This document shows, in pieces, positions 30,457 to 38,673 of a stretch of DNA of 64,000 nt. How positions within the stretch are numbered: position 1 is the stretch's first letter; the number at the start of each line of letters is the position of its first letter. Source of the DNA: an uncultured Ignavibacteriales bacterium (GTDB taxonomy: Bacteria; Zixibacteria; MSB-5A5; GN15; FEB-12); assembly GCA_964464605.1 (NCBI GenBank), contig CAYXJN010000009.1:64001-128000 (forward strand). Direction: 5' to 3'. The notes beneath the pieces are model-generated. The model worked only from the letters and a program-made list of their open reading frames with translations, had not been told where the DNA came from and searched no databases. A program made the position numbers and the translations under genes.

Positions 30457-31077
30457 GTGGAACAAGACGAGAAAGATTTCCCCTGGCCGCGCAAAGGTGA
30501 TAACCTCTGGGGGTTCAATGATGACTTGCAAAGTAATGCTTGCTTAAACTGGCATTGGGATCCATTTGACCCCTACTCAAGAGGTTATAGAAAAGCAGCT
30601 GATATTTTGGCCACCTATGTAGTCAAGAATCATCGTGACCAAGATATGCTTGTTTACCCCATTCTCTTTTTATATCGCCATTATATAGAACTAAAACTTA
30701 AAGAAATTACCCATTATGGAAGTATGTTGCTTGAAGGAAGCAAAGGAATACCTCAAGGTCATGATTTAAATGAACTTTGGTTGGAGGCTAGAAAAGTATT
30801 AGAACGTATTGAACCTGAAGTACCAATAGAAGATTTAGATAATTTTGAATCAGGGCTTAATCAGCTCGTAAAAATGGATCGCTTTTCTACTGCGTTTAGG
30901 TATCCAGAAGATAAAAAAGGCAAACCGTCATTACCCCAAGTATACCATATCAACATTCGCAATGTTCAAGAAGTAATGGCTCGTTTGTGCAGCTTTCTTG
31001 ACGCTTGCACATCACACATCGACCATTTAAGAGATTGCCAAGCGGAATTGTATGAGCACGGTCTGTTAGACCCCTAA
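30457..31077 (+). CDS. AT-rich HEPN-like hypothetical protein
   Basis: PILFLYRHYIELKLK...GHDLNELW...FRYP matches the spacing of HEPN E.xLK / HDL / RYP; about 34% GC by hand count over 30601-30840. Confidence 0.6.
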   Translation: MEQDEKDFPWPRKGDNLWGFNDDLQSNACLNWHWDPFDPYSRGYRKAADILATYVVKNHRDQDMLVYPILFLYRHYIELKLKEITHYGSMLLEGSKGIPQGHDLNELWLEARKVLERIEPEVPIEDLDNFESGLNQLVKMDRFSTAFRYPEDKKGKPSLPQVYHINIRNVQEVMARLCSFLDACTSHIDHLRDCQAELYEHGLLDP

Positions 31078-31797
31078 CTTCTTCCACTGTCCTAAAACCG
31101 ATTCTACAAAATCTCCGACTGTTACGATAACTTTGGCGTGATACGCCTTTGATTTTTCGATATCGAACTCCGGATACCCTTCCCCTTCTTTATATAGCAG
31201 CACATTTCCCGGCACCGGATAGATATCCGCACCCGGTACGAAGGTATAGACAACATCTTTGGTATAATCAGCCTTGCTGGTAAGCGTCGGGTCAATCGCC
31301 TGCACCATCGCGGTTTCATCCGTCCCCGCATGCCCGCCAGCATGACCGAAGAACTCATCGGTCATTTTCGCGCAGAGTTCCCACCAGTGCACCACGGCGA
31401 TATTGATGGTCCGTTCCTGATGGGTATCAAGCGCAACGGATTTGAGCACCGAATTATTGCCGCCATGCCCGTTCATGATGATGACATTGTGAAAACCGTT
31501 ATCGGCGAATGAGACCAGAATATCCTTAATATAGGCGCCAAAAGTGTCCGGCCTGATCGTTGAACCTTTATAGCGGTACAGCGACCGGGTGATACCGTAA
31601 TTGACTGTGGGCGCAACTAAGGCATTAATCCGCTCGGCAATCCCCAGTGAAATCGTTTCCGGAATAAAGTTGTCGGTGCCGACGCAGGATGAACCATGCG
31701 CTTCGACCGTGCCGACCGGCAGAATGACGGTATTAATTTTTTGGGGAATGAGATCTTTGAGTTGAATCCAACTAAGACGTTGTAACTGGCGTTCCAT
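31066..31797 (-). CDS. Creatininase-family amidohydrolase
   Basis: PVGTVEAHG...GTD, NGHGGN, HAGTDET. Confidence 0.9.
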   Translation of the reverse strand: MERQLQRLSWIQLKDLIPQKINTVILPVGTVEAHGSSCVGTDNFIPETISLGIAERINALVAPTVNYGITRSLYRYKGSTIRPDTFGAYIKDILVSFADNGFHNVIIMNGHGGNNSVLKSVALDTHQERTINIAVVHWWELCAKMTDEFFGHAGGHAGTDETAMVQAIDPTLTSKADYTKDVVYTFVPGADIYPVPGNVLLYKEGEGYPEFDIEKSKAYHAKVIVTVGDFVESVLGQWKKLGV

Positions 31798-31798
31798 G

Positions 31799-32542
31799 CT
31801 ATTCCAGCTTGGCTAAAATCCGCTCCATGACCACTTCCGTTTCGCGGGCGGTGGTTTCATCCCCTTCGAAACGATACTGATTGATATCCCGAACCAAAAG
31901 CTCGAGCTCATCGGTGGTGTCGATACAATACCAGATTTCAAGCTCCGACCATTTCAGATCGTTATCGGTGAAGACATCGGCAATTTCATGGTAGATAGCC
32001 GGTGATGACCAGTCATGATCGGCCAGACGAACTTTGTAGCTGCCGGACATGCCGAGGCAATAATATCTTCCTTCCGGCGTCGGACCGAATACCGCGTCTG
32101 ATTTATTCAAGAGTTTGATCGCCTGCGTCATCATCGCGCTCGTCACGGTCGGCGTCCGGCTGCCAAGCATAAGCACCTGTTTGTATCCGGCATTGAAGCA
32201 GTCTTCGAATACTTTTTCGGCTCGTGTTCCCCAGGGTTCATCGGCCATTTCATGCACTGAGAAATGTTTTTTGAATACATCCTGTTTTTCAACCGGAAGA
32301 TGAGTCGACAGATACTGTGTGACAATCTCGACTAAACGGTGGCGCTCGGTGAGATTGATGTGATACAAACGGACATCGGCCTCGGCAACATCAAGCGCGG
32401 TGGAAATCGTATCGGAGATAAACGCCTGATGGAGAAAACGGAGATTATCACCTTTGATAATCCCGAAATCCATCGAGGAACCATCTTCTTTCGGTTCCTG
32501 CACGTTAATCGCGATAACTGTTTTGTGCTTCGACGACGCCAT
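31799..32542 (-). CDS. DUF2064 / GT-A-like (TIGR04282-like) protein, divergent
   Basis: AFISDT, MLGSRTP, AVFGPTPEGRYYCLG, WSS, WYCIDT..EL. Confidence 0.65.
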   Translation of the reverse strand: MASSKHKTVIAINVQEPKEDGSSMDFGIIKGDNLRFLHQAFISDTISTALDVAEADVRLYHINLTERHRLVEIVTQYLSTHLPVEKQDVFKKHFSVHEMADEPWGTRAEKVFEDCFNAGYKQVLMLGSRTPTVTSAMMTQAIKLLNKSDAVFGPTPEGRYYCLGMSGSYKVRLADHDWSSPAIYHEIADVFTDNDLKWSELEIWYCIDTTDELELLVRDINQYRFEGDETTARETEVVMERILAKLE

Positions 32543-32644
32543 TATCCGTTCCTGCTTTATTGTGTCTCAACTAAAGTGACATCGTAAATATAGACCTGCG
32601 GCGGGAAACGAGTCAAGGGGAGCCAAGCAAAAAGTGAAAAAAGC

Positions 32645-33394
32645 TCAGCCGAGATTCTCAAGACCGGGAAGCGCCTCAAGCAGAAATGCGGAGATACGCT
32701 GGAGCAAATTGAAGAAAATAAGAATACCGACCAGCATCAACAGGCCGCCGGACACAATTTCGACAGCGCGAAAGTTTCGTTTGATAAACCCAAATGCGCC
32801 GATAAGATAATTAAACAACAATGCCGTCAGGATGAACGGAACACCCAGCCCCGCTGAATAAAACAGTAACAATGTGATCCCCTCACCCACTGAGTTCTGC
32901 TGCGCGGCCAGCGTAAGAATGGTGCCGAGGATCGGACCGATACAGGGTGTCCAGCCGAATCCGAATGCAATTCCAATCAATATCGAACCGGCCGAGCCCC
33001 ATTTGCGCTCACCGGACTGAAACCGTTTTTCATAATTGAGAAATCCGATTTTGAATACGCCAGCCACATGAAGCCCGAAAATAAAGACCAGCACACCGGC
33101 AACTTTATTGAAAACATTGCTGTATTCCTGAAGCAGACTTCCTAACCAGGTTGCCGATGCACCCAAGGCAACAAAGACCAATGAAAACCCGCATACAAAC
33201 AAAAGCGTATTGAGAACAACACGGCCTAAATGCGATGATGACTTTTCACGATTGGTCAGATCTTCAATCGACACGCCTGAGATGAATGACAGATACCCCG
33301 GTATCAAGGGCAAAACGCACGGAGACACGAAAGAAAGCAGCCCGGCGAGTATCGCAGTGGGAATTTCGACAGTAGGTTGTGCGCCGGGTAACAT
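32645..33394 (-). CDS. ccdA: Cytochrome c biogenesis / thiol-disulfide transporter CcdA
   Basis: AGLLSFVSPCVLPLIPGY and GWTPCIGPIL Cys pair; YSAGLGVPF. Confidence 0.93.
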   Translation of the reverse strand: MLPGAQPTVEIPTAILAGLLSFVSPCVLPLIPGYLSFISGVSIEDLTNREKSSSHLGRVVLNTLLFVCGFSLVFVALGASATWLGSLLQEYSNVFNKVAGVLVFIFGLHVAGVFKIGFLNYEKRFQSGERKWGSAGSILIGIAFGFGWTPCIGPILGTILTLAAQQNSVGEGITLLLFYSAGLGVPFILTALLFNYLIGAFGFIKRNFRAVEIVSGGLLMLVGILIFFNLLQRISAFLLEALPGLENLG

Positions 33395-33403
33395 GAACGG
33401 AAG

Positions 33404-34624
33404 TTACTGCTTTTTCTTCGCCTGTTCCATCAATTCATTTTTGATGAGCACGAGCAGTTTGTCTGGATCTATTTTCGATACGATTTTTTGGGCAAGTTTT
33501 TCAGCCAGATCATTGGCGAGCTGTTTGGTGAACAGGCCGACGGCATCGGCATTCAGCCGTTCGACGGTCTCTTCCCACACGATCGATGAGCCGGATTGCT
33601 TTTGACCCGGCGCTTGAGAAGGATCCGGTACCGGATCGGATTCATCGGAACGGAACCGTTCGATTTCCCGTTTGAATTCATCGATAAACTTTTCGACCCC
33701 GACCGTTCTCCCCTTGCCGCCCGCTATCGGCGCGGAGGTTTTAATCGCCGGCGTTACTGGAACGGTAGTCGTTTTAATAGGGCCTGACGCTGAACCGAAT
33801 GATGGTCCCGATGAACTCGCCGCTTTTGCAGACTGCGGGTTCGATTCATTTTTCATCTCATTGATGAACCAGTTGTAATCGTGATTTTCCTGTTTCTGCT
33901 GCGGATGAAACGCCTGCGGGTCAACCATACCGTATTGATCATCAACGATTTCTATTTTCGATGTTCCGCCGGTCGGTTTGCCGGTTCCACCGGCCGCGTT
34001 ATGAGATGAGATCGAGGTTGCATCCGCTTTGATCATCAGCGACTCCACCTTGGAAGAACGATTCATCTGATCCTGTTCCTGATGACCCATTCCCAAAAAC
34101 GTTTCGGTGTTGGTCGGCTGTTGTTTCTGTTGTTTCATACCGCTGGTTTTGCTCATGATTTCCGAATGGGTAACATCGATTCGATCCAATCCCAACGCGG
34201 CATCAAGAAACTCGTCGTCAAGCGAGCCGACATTCAGCGGGTTGACTGTCTCCCGCGTTGGCGCCTGATTGGTCTGGCCGCAGAAGATTTGAACTTTTTC
34301 TATGAAATCACGGGATTCAAACGGGCGGGAAACGAGGACTTCATCCGGAAACGGCAGACTCATATCTTCCGGATTTCTGAATAAAAGCATCGGCACTGAG
34401 GCTGTTTTGCCGTCCCGCTGAATATGTTCATATAATTTTTGGCCGGAATTGTTGGCTAAATCCCCGCCGATAACCAGCAAGTCGGGGCGGGTAAAAGAAA
34501 GGACTTCGAGCGCTTTTTCGTAGGTACCGACCGAGAGAACCTCATAGCCGTTCTGCCGAAGCAGCGTTTCGGCTACTCCGCGTATTACTGCTGAGTTTTC
34601 TGCTATGAGAACTCGTTTGGGCAT
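33404..34624 (-). CDS. Atypical response regulator (receiver, disordered linker, helical C-terminus), RomR-like
   Basis: MPKRVLIAENS...RPDLLVIGGDL...SRPFES..F.EKV; the phospho-acceptor Asp position is Gly; C-terminal LAEKLAQKIV...LIKNEL. Confidence 0.65.
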   Translation of the reverse strand: MPKRVLIAENSAVIRGVAETLLRQNGYEVLSVGTYEKALEVLSFTRPDLLVIGGDLANNSGQKLYEHIQRDGKTASVPMLLFRNPEDMSLPFPDEVLVSRPFESRDFIEKVQIFCGQTNQAPTRETVNPLNVGSLDDEFLDAALGLDRIDVTHSEIMSKTSGMKQQKQQPTNTETFLGMGHQEQDQMNRSSKVESLMIKADATSISSHNAAGGTGKPTGGTSKIEIVDDQYGMVDPQAFHPQQKQENHDYNWFINEMKNESNPQSAKAASSSGPSFGSASGPIKTTTVPVTPAIKTSAPIAGGKGRTVGVEKFIDEFKREIERFRSDESDPVPDPSQAPGQKQSGSSIVWEETVERLNADAVGLFTKQLANDLAEKLAQKIVSKIDPDKLLVLIKNELMEQAKKKQ

Positions 34625-35454
34625 TACCCTTGCGCTCTTTCGTTTTTCCGTTTCGAGAGTTCGGAAGAGGCCTCTTCAAGAAACTTTCGTTCCTCACGGG
34701 TCAGCTTGTCGATCCCGACTTCGTTTATCCGGTCGAGTATAGCATCCACCCGCTTCATCGTGTCTTCCGCTCGTTCTTTATTCTTTTGGAGTTTACGCTC
34801 CTGATGCTCGTAGCGCAAGGTTTTAAGCTTTCTTCCAAATGAGAGCAAACGCCAGTCGAGCTTCATGTAGGCCAGCCCGAACAAAGCGCCACCCAAATGC
34901 GCCATATGCGCCACGCCCGGCCCCATAAAGAAACCGATGATGATTAAACCGGGAATTGCCCATTTCACTTTGACCGGAAACAGGAAATACAAATACAGAT
35001 ACCGCTCCGGAAAACTGACCCAATAGGCAATCAAGACGCTGTAAATGGCAGCCGACGCGCCGACAACCGGAATCGTCTGGTCAAAATTTATCAACAGCGT
35101 CAGAGCCGCGCCCGAAAGACCACCGAGCAGATAGAACCAGGTAAACCGTTTGGTGCCTAAGTTATATTCGATCTCCGTACCGAACATCCAGAGCGAGAGC
35201 ATATTGAAAAAGATATGCCCCAGCCCCCCATGCAAAAACATGTAGGTAACCGGCTGGTACAGGTAATTCGGAAATTGCGACAGAAATAAAGCCGGCGTCA
35301 GCCCGAACATCTGGGTTACTATCGGGAAAAAGTACTGAATCAGAAATAGAGCTATGTTGGCAATGATGATAACTTTGATACAGGGGGAGATAATACCGGG
35401 CCCGATACCAAATTCCCGTTCCTGCGGTGGATTGTCGTAACTGCTATAGCTCAT
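34624..35454 (-). CDS. Rhomboid intramembrane serine protease with a C-terminal soluble tail
   Basis: TYMFLHG...HIFFNM..LW, GASAA (Ser), AHMAHLGG (His), VDAILDRI..VGI..LT.EE..FL. Confidence 0.93.
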   Translation of the reverse strand: MSYSSYDNPPQEREFGIGPGIISPCIKVIIIANIALFLIQYFFPIVTQMFGLTPALFLSQFPNYLYQPVTYMFLHGGLGHIFFNMLSLWMFGTEIEYNLGTKRFTWFYLLGGLSGAALTLLINFDQTIPVVGASAAIYSVLIAYWVSFPERYLYLYFLFPVKVKWAIPGLIIIGFFMGPGVAHMAHLGGALFGLAYMKLDWRLLSFGRKLKTLRYEHQERKLQKNKERAEDTMKRVDAILDRINEVGIDKLTREERKFLEEASSELSKRKNERAQG

Positions 35455-35529
35455 CTACTTTTATATCGGCAAAAATCCGGTATGGTTTCCTGGCGGATTT
35501 TGTGAGTAAAACCGGCCTAAAAAGACCGG

Positions 35530-35575
35530 AAAAACTCCCCGGGTATCAGCATACCGCTGAAAGAGCACCCGGGGA
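35530..35575 (-). terminator. Intrinsic terminator after trxA
   Basis: TCCCCGGGT...TCAGC/GCTGA...ACCCGGGGA compound stem followed by GTTTTT on the minus strand. Confidence 0.7.
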
Positions 35576-35590
35576 ATCATATCTGACAGA

Positions 35591-35920
35591 TCAGGAGGTA
35601 AGAACCCGATCAATAATCGCGGTCAACTGGCTTTTCGGACGGGCGCCCACGACTTTTTCCACTATCTCCCCTTTGCGAAAAAAGAGTAAGGAGGGAATCG
35701 ACATGATGTTGAACTGTCCCGCCGTACGGCTGTTGTTGTCCACATCGAGTTTGGTGATTTTCACTTTGCCGTCGTATTCGGTGGCGATTTCATCCAGAAT
35801 CGGCGCAATCATCTTGCACGGACCGCACCAGGCCGCCCAAAAATCGACAATGACCACATTGTCTGATTCAATTACTTCTTTCTGGAAGGTGTCATCGGTG
35901 ATAGTAACTGCTTTTCCCAT
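35591..35920 (-). CDS. trxA: Thioredoxin
   Basis: VDFWAAWCGPCKMIAP, SIPSL; GGAG SD before ATG 35920. Confidence 0.97.
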   Translation of the reverse strand: MGKAVTITDDTFQKEVIESDNVVIVDFWAAWCGPCKMIAPILDEIATEYDGKVKITKLDVDNNSRTAGQFNIMSIPSLLFFRKGEIVEKVVGARPKSQLTAIIDRVLTS

Positions 35921-35958
35921 ATGTGTAACTCCATTCATAAGTTTTCTACTTGTCAGCC

Positions 35959-35987
35959 TATAACGACTTTTTACGCCGTCTGTTCCC
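35959..35987 (-). promoter_or_regulatory. Putative ECF promoter of trxA
   Basis: Minus strand GGAAC-17 nt-GTTATA, the same spacing as upstream of the ECF sigma gene. Confidence 0.55.
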
Positions 35988-36141
35988 GATTTTACATCAG
36001 AGAATCGACTGCTCTCTTTTCAATGAAGAGCGCAAACCGCCCAACGGCAAGTCTTTTTCGGAAATTCCCATAAATCACGAGAAACCCATTGTCTGATACA
36101 CACTTGTTCTTCTATACTCATACCAACGAGTAGTCGAAAAG

Positions 36142-36588
36142 ATGAGAGTTTTCTTACAACGCACCGCATCTTCCGAGGTCTGGATCGCCGGAAACCGCCA
36201 TTCACAGGTCGGTTCGGGGCTGACCCTGCTTTTTGGCACCAAAACCGGAGACAGCGAAGCATCCTGCCGTTATTTGGCAGAGAAAGTGGTCAATCTCCGA
36301 ATTTTTGAGGATAATGAACAGAAGATGAACCTTTCAGCCCTGGATGTGAAAGCTGAAATCATGATAATCTCCCAGTTCACCCTCTACGCCGACTGGAAAA
36401 AAGGGCGGCGCCCGGCTTTTACCGAAGCTATGGAGCCGATTCAAGCAGAAAAACTCTATCAGACGTTTATCGAGAATGTCAGACAATCCGGATTACGTGT
36501 GGAAACCGGTGTTTTTGGAGCGAAAATGGATATTCATCTCGTCAATCATGGCCCTGTTTCACTCCTTTTAGAACATGACGCTGAATAA
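36142..36588 (+). CDS. dtd: D-aminoacyl-tRNA deacylase
   Basis: MRVFLQR, LRIFED...KMN, SQFTL, KGRRP.F, G.FGA.M, NHGPV. Confidence 0.96.
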   Translation: MRVFLQRTASSEVWIAGNRHSQVGSGLTLLFGTKTGDSEASCRYLAEKVVNLRIFEDNEQKMNLSALDVKAEIMIISQFTLYADWKKGRRPAFTEAMEPIQAEKLYQTFIENVRQSGLRVETGVFGAKMDIHLVNHGPVSLLLEHDAE

Positions 36589-37186
36589 TCTTGTCGAACT
36601 TTCCCGCCGCCACAGGCTGATTTTGGCCTCCGGCTCCCCCCGTCGAGTTGAATTACTCACAAAAGCAGGTGTCCAGTTTCAGCAGCAGATTCCGAAAATC
36701 GAAGAAATCCGCAGGGAAAACGAGGCCCCTGAACCGTACGCCCGTCGCTTGGCGCAGGAAAAAGCGCTCGCTATCGCCAAATTGACGCAGGAAACCGGCG
36801 CAATCTGCCTCGGCTGCGATACTATTGTCGTTTTAGATGGCTCAGTGCTTGAAAAACCGGAATCGAAAACGCATGCGTTTACCATGCTTAGTCGACTTTC
36901 GGGACAAACGCATGTCGTAATTAGCGCAGTCGCGTTTGCCGCCGGATCAAAAATCCTTGCCGAGGGGTGCGACACAACCGAAGTGAAATTCAACCGGCTG
37001 AAACCGGAAGATATCCACAATTACATCGAATCCGGAGAGCCGATGGACAAAGCAGGTGCGTACGGTATCCAGGGAATGGGGGCTTTTTTGGTTGACTCTG
37101 TGCGAGGGGATATTGATACTGTTGTGGGACTGCCGCTTCGATATCTCGACCGGTTGGTCGGCGAAATTTTACAACAACGGAAATAG
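36575..37186 (+). CDS. maf: Maf-family nucleoside triphosphate pyrophosphatase
   Basis: ILASGSPRR.ELL, CDTIV, LEKP, LSGQTH, EPMDKAGAYGIQG. Confidence 0.93.
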   Translation: MTLNNLVELSRRHRLILASGSPRRVELLTKAGVQFQQQIPKIEEIRRENEAPEPYARRLAQEKALAIAKLTQETGAICLGCDTIVVLDGSVLEKPESKTHAFTMLSRLSGQTHVVISAVAFAAGSKILAEGCDTTEVKFNRLKPEDIHNYIESGEPMDKAGAYGIQGMGAFLVDSVRGDIDTVVGLPLRYLDRLVGEILQQRK

Positions 37187-37201
37187 GTTCTAAACAGAAC
37201 A

Positions 37202-38071
37202 ATGAGTGAAAATTTACGAAAACTTGGTGAACTGTTTCGCATGGAGCGGGAGCGACAAAGTATCTCCTTAGAAGATCTCGCAACCACCCTTCGCGTAACA
37301 CCGGAAAAACTCAGCAAAATCGAAAGCGGTGACACATCCGATTTTCCGTCTCAGCTCTATTTCAAGCTCTTTTGCAAATCATACGCCGAAGCGCTCGGCA
37401 TTGATTATACCCGAACGCTGGATGCTATTAACGAATCGCTCGGCCTTCCCAGTGAAACTATTCAGGTTGCCGCACCCAAAGTCGGACCGCCCGAAGGGGA
37501 ACAACATTTTCCGGAGCTTTCCTTTGCCTCTTCCGGCTCTTCGCGCAAGCCATCGGCGGTTGGCTGGAGTCTTGGTGTTATCGTTTTGATTATCATTATC
37601 GCTATCGGTTTTTTAAAGGCGCTTGAACCGGACAATATGGCGGAGGCGCTCGATATCGATGAAGATACTACTCCGTACTACGCCGAAGGAGACACGATTT
37701 CGATTCCCCCGGTTGCGCTTACCCTCACCACCCTCTCCCCAACCTTCGCGGTTATCGCAGAAGGGGCGGATACGGTGCTTGCCAAAAAACTGATTCCCGG
37801 CGATGTCTACCGCTATTCCGGCCGTAGGCCGGTGCAGATTTCCGTCGCTATCGCGCAGGCGGTTCGCATTGCGGTAAATGGATGGGATGTCGATTTCTCC
37901 GATCACCAGACCGGACTTATTTCAGCATTGGTCATTGACCCTTCCGACCTCCCTTCGTATTTGCGGCAGCCGCTTCCACATTCCCCGTCACCGGAAGTAA
38001 CCGATTCGACCTACAACGCGATCGGCGACACAACCGGCGCACGGCAAAGCGCAACAACAGGAGGACGATAA
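37202..38071 (+). CDS. rodZ: RodZ-like protein (HTH, TM helix, periplasmic domain)
   Basis: LGELFRMERE..ISLEDLA..LRV....L..IE.G...YAEALG, a single TM helix and a C-terminal beta domain (V.IAVNG). Confidence 0.75.
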   Translation: MSENLRKLGELFRMERERQSISLEDLATTLRVTPEKLSKIESGDTSDFPSQLYFKLFCKSYAEALGIDYTRTLDAINESLGLPSETIQVAAPKVGPPEGEQHFPELSFASSGSSRKPSAVGWSLGVIVLIIIIAIGFLKALEPDNMAEALDIDEDTTPYYAEGDTISIPPVALTLTTLSPTFAVIAEGADTVLAKKLIPGDVYRYSGRRPVQISVAIAQAVRIAVNGWDVDFSDHQTGLISALVIDPSDLPSYLRQPLPHSPSPEVTDSTYNAIGDTTGARQSATTGGR

Positions 38072-38076
38072 GCGCC

Positions 38077-38658
38077 GTGATGCAGCGAGTGAAACAATTC
38101 GTTGCCAGCTTGCATGTCCGCAAGAACAGCCGCCGGATGAACTCCCAGCCGTTCATGGTTCCGGCCAGTCTGCGTAACCCCCGAAAAGTGCTTATCTGTC
38201 TCCCCGGTGGTTTGCGGGAGCTTACGCTAATCAAATCATTTTTGCCGACTATCGCCGATTTGTTTGCTTCGGCGGATATCACGCTGCTTCCGCTTCCCGG
38301 AAGCGTGGTCAGCGATATTTTCCCGCGTAAAGGATTCAATATCGAAACACCGACGGTCGACCGTATCACCTGGTCAGGTTTGCCCAGTAAAGATTTTCTC
38401 AAACGGCTCGCCAACGACCGGTATGATTTAGTTATCGATCTGAATCTTGAGCGGTCGAACTTTACCTCGGCCGTGTTGTTGAACTTTCCGAATGCGATCC
38501 GGGTCGGGCGCGGCAACCATTTGGGTGCGCCGTACTACAACCTTGAAATCAAATCGAAGTATTTGCGTGATGAAAAAAATATCTATCGATCATTGTTTGA
38601 CACTATTGCGGTGTTTATTCAGCCACCGCCGGACCAACTCACTTCCCACAGCGCATGA
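38077..38658 (+). CDS. Hypothetical protein resembling the N-terminal half of a GT9 glycosyltransferase
   Basis: KVLICLP, L...F..A.IT, RYDLVIDL, IRVG...YYNLEI; only 193 aa. Confidence 0.55.
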   Translation: MMQRVKQFVASLHVRKNSRRMNSQPFMVPASLRNPRKVLICLPGGLRELTLIKSFLPTIADLFASADITLLPLPGSVVSDIFPRKGFNIETPTVDRITWSGLPSKDFLKRLANDRYDLVIDLNLERSNFTSAVLLNFPNAIRVGRGNHLGAPYYNLEIKSKYLRDEKNIYRSLFDTIAVFIQPPPDQLTSHSA

Positions 38659-38673
38659 TATCTTGGAGGATAC

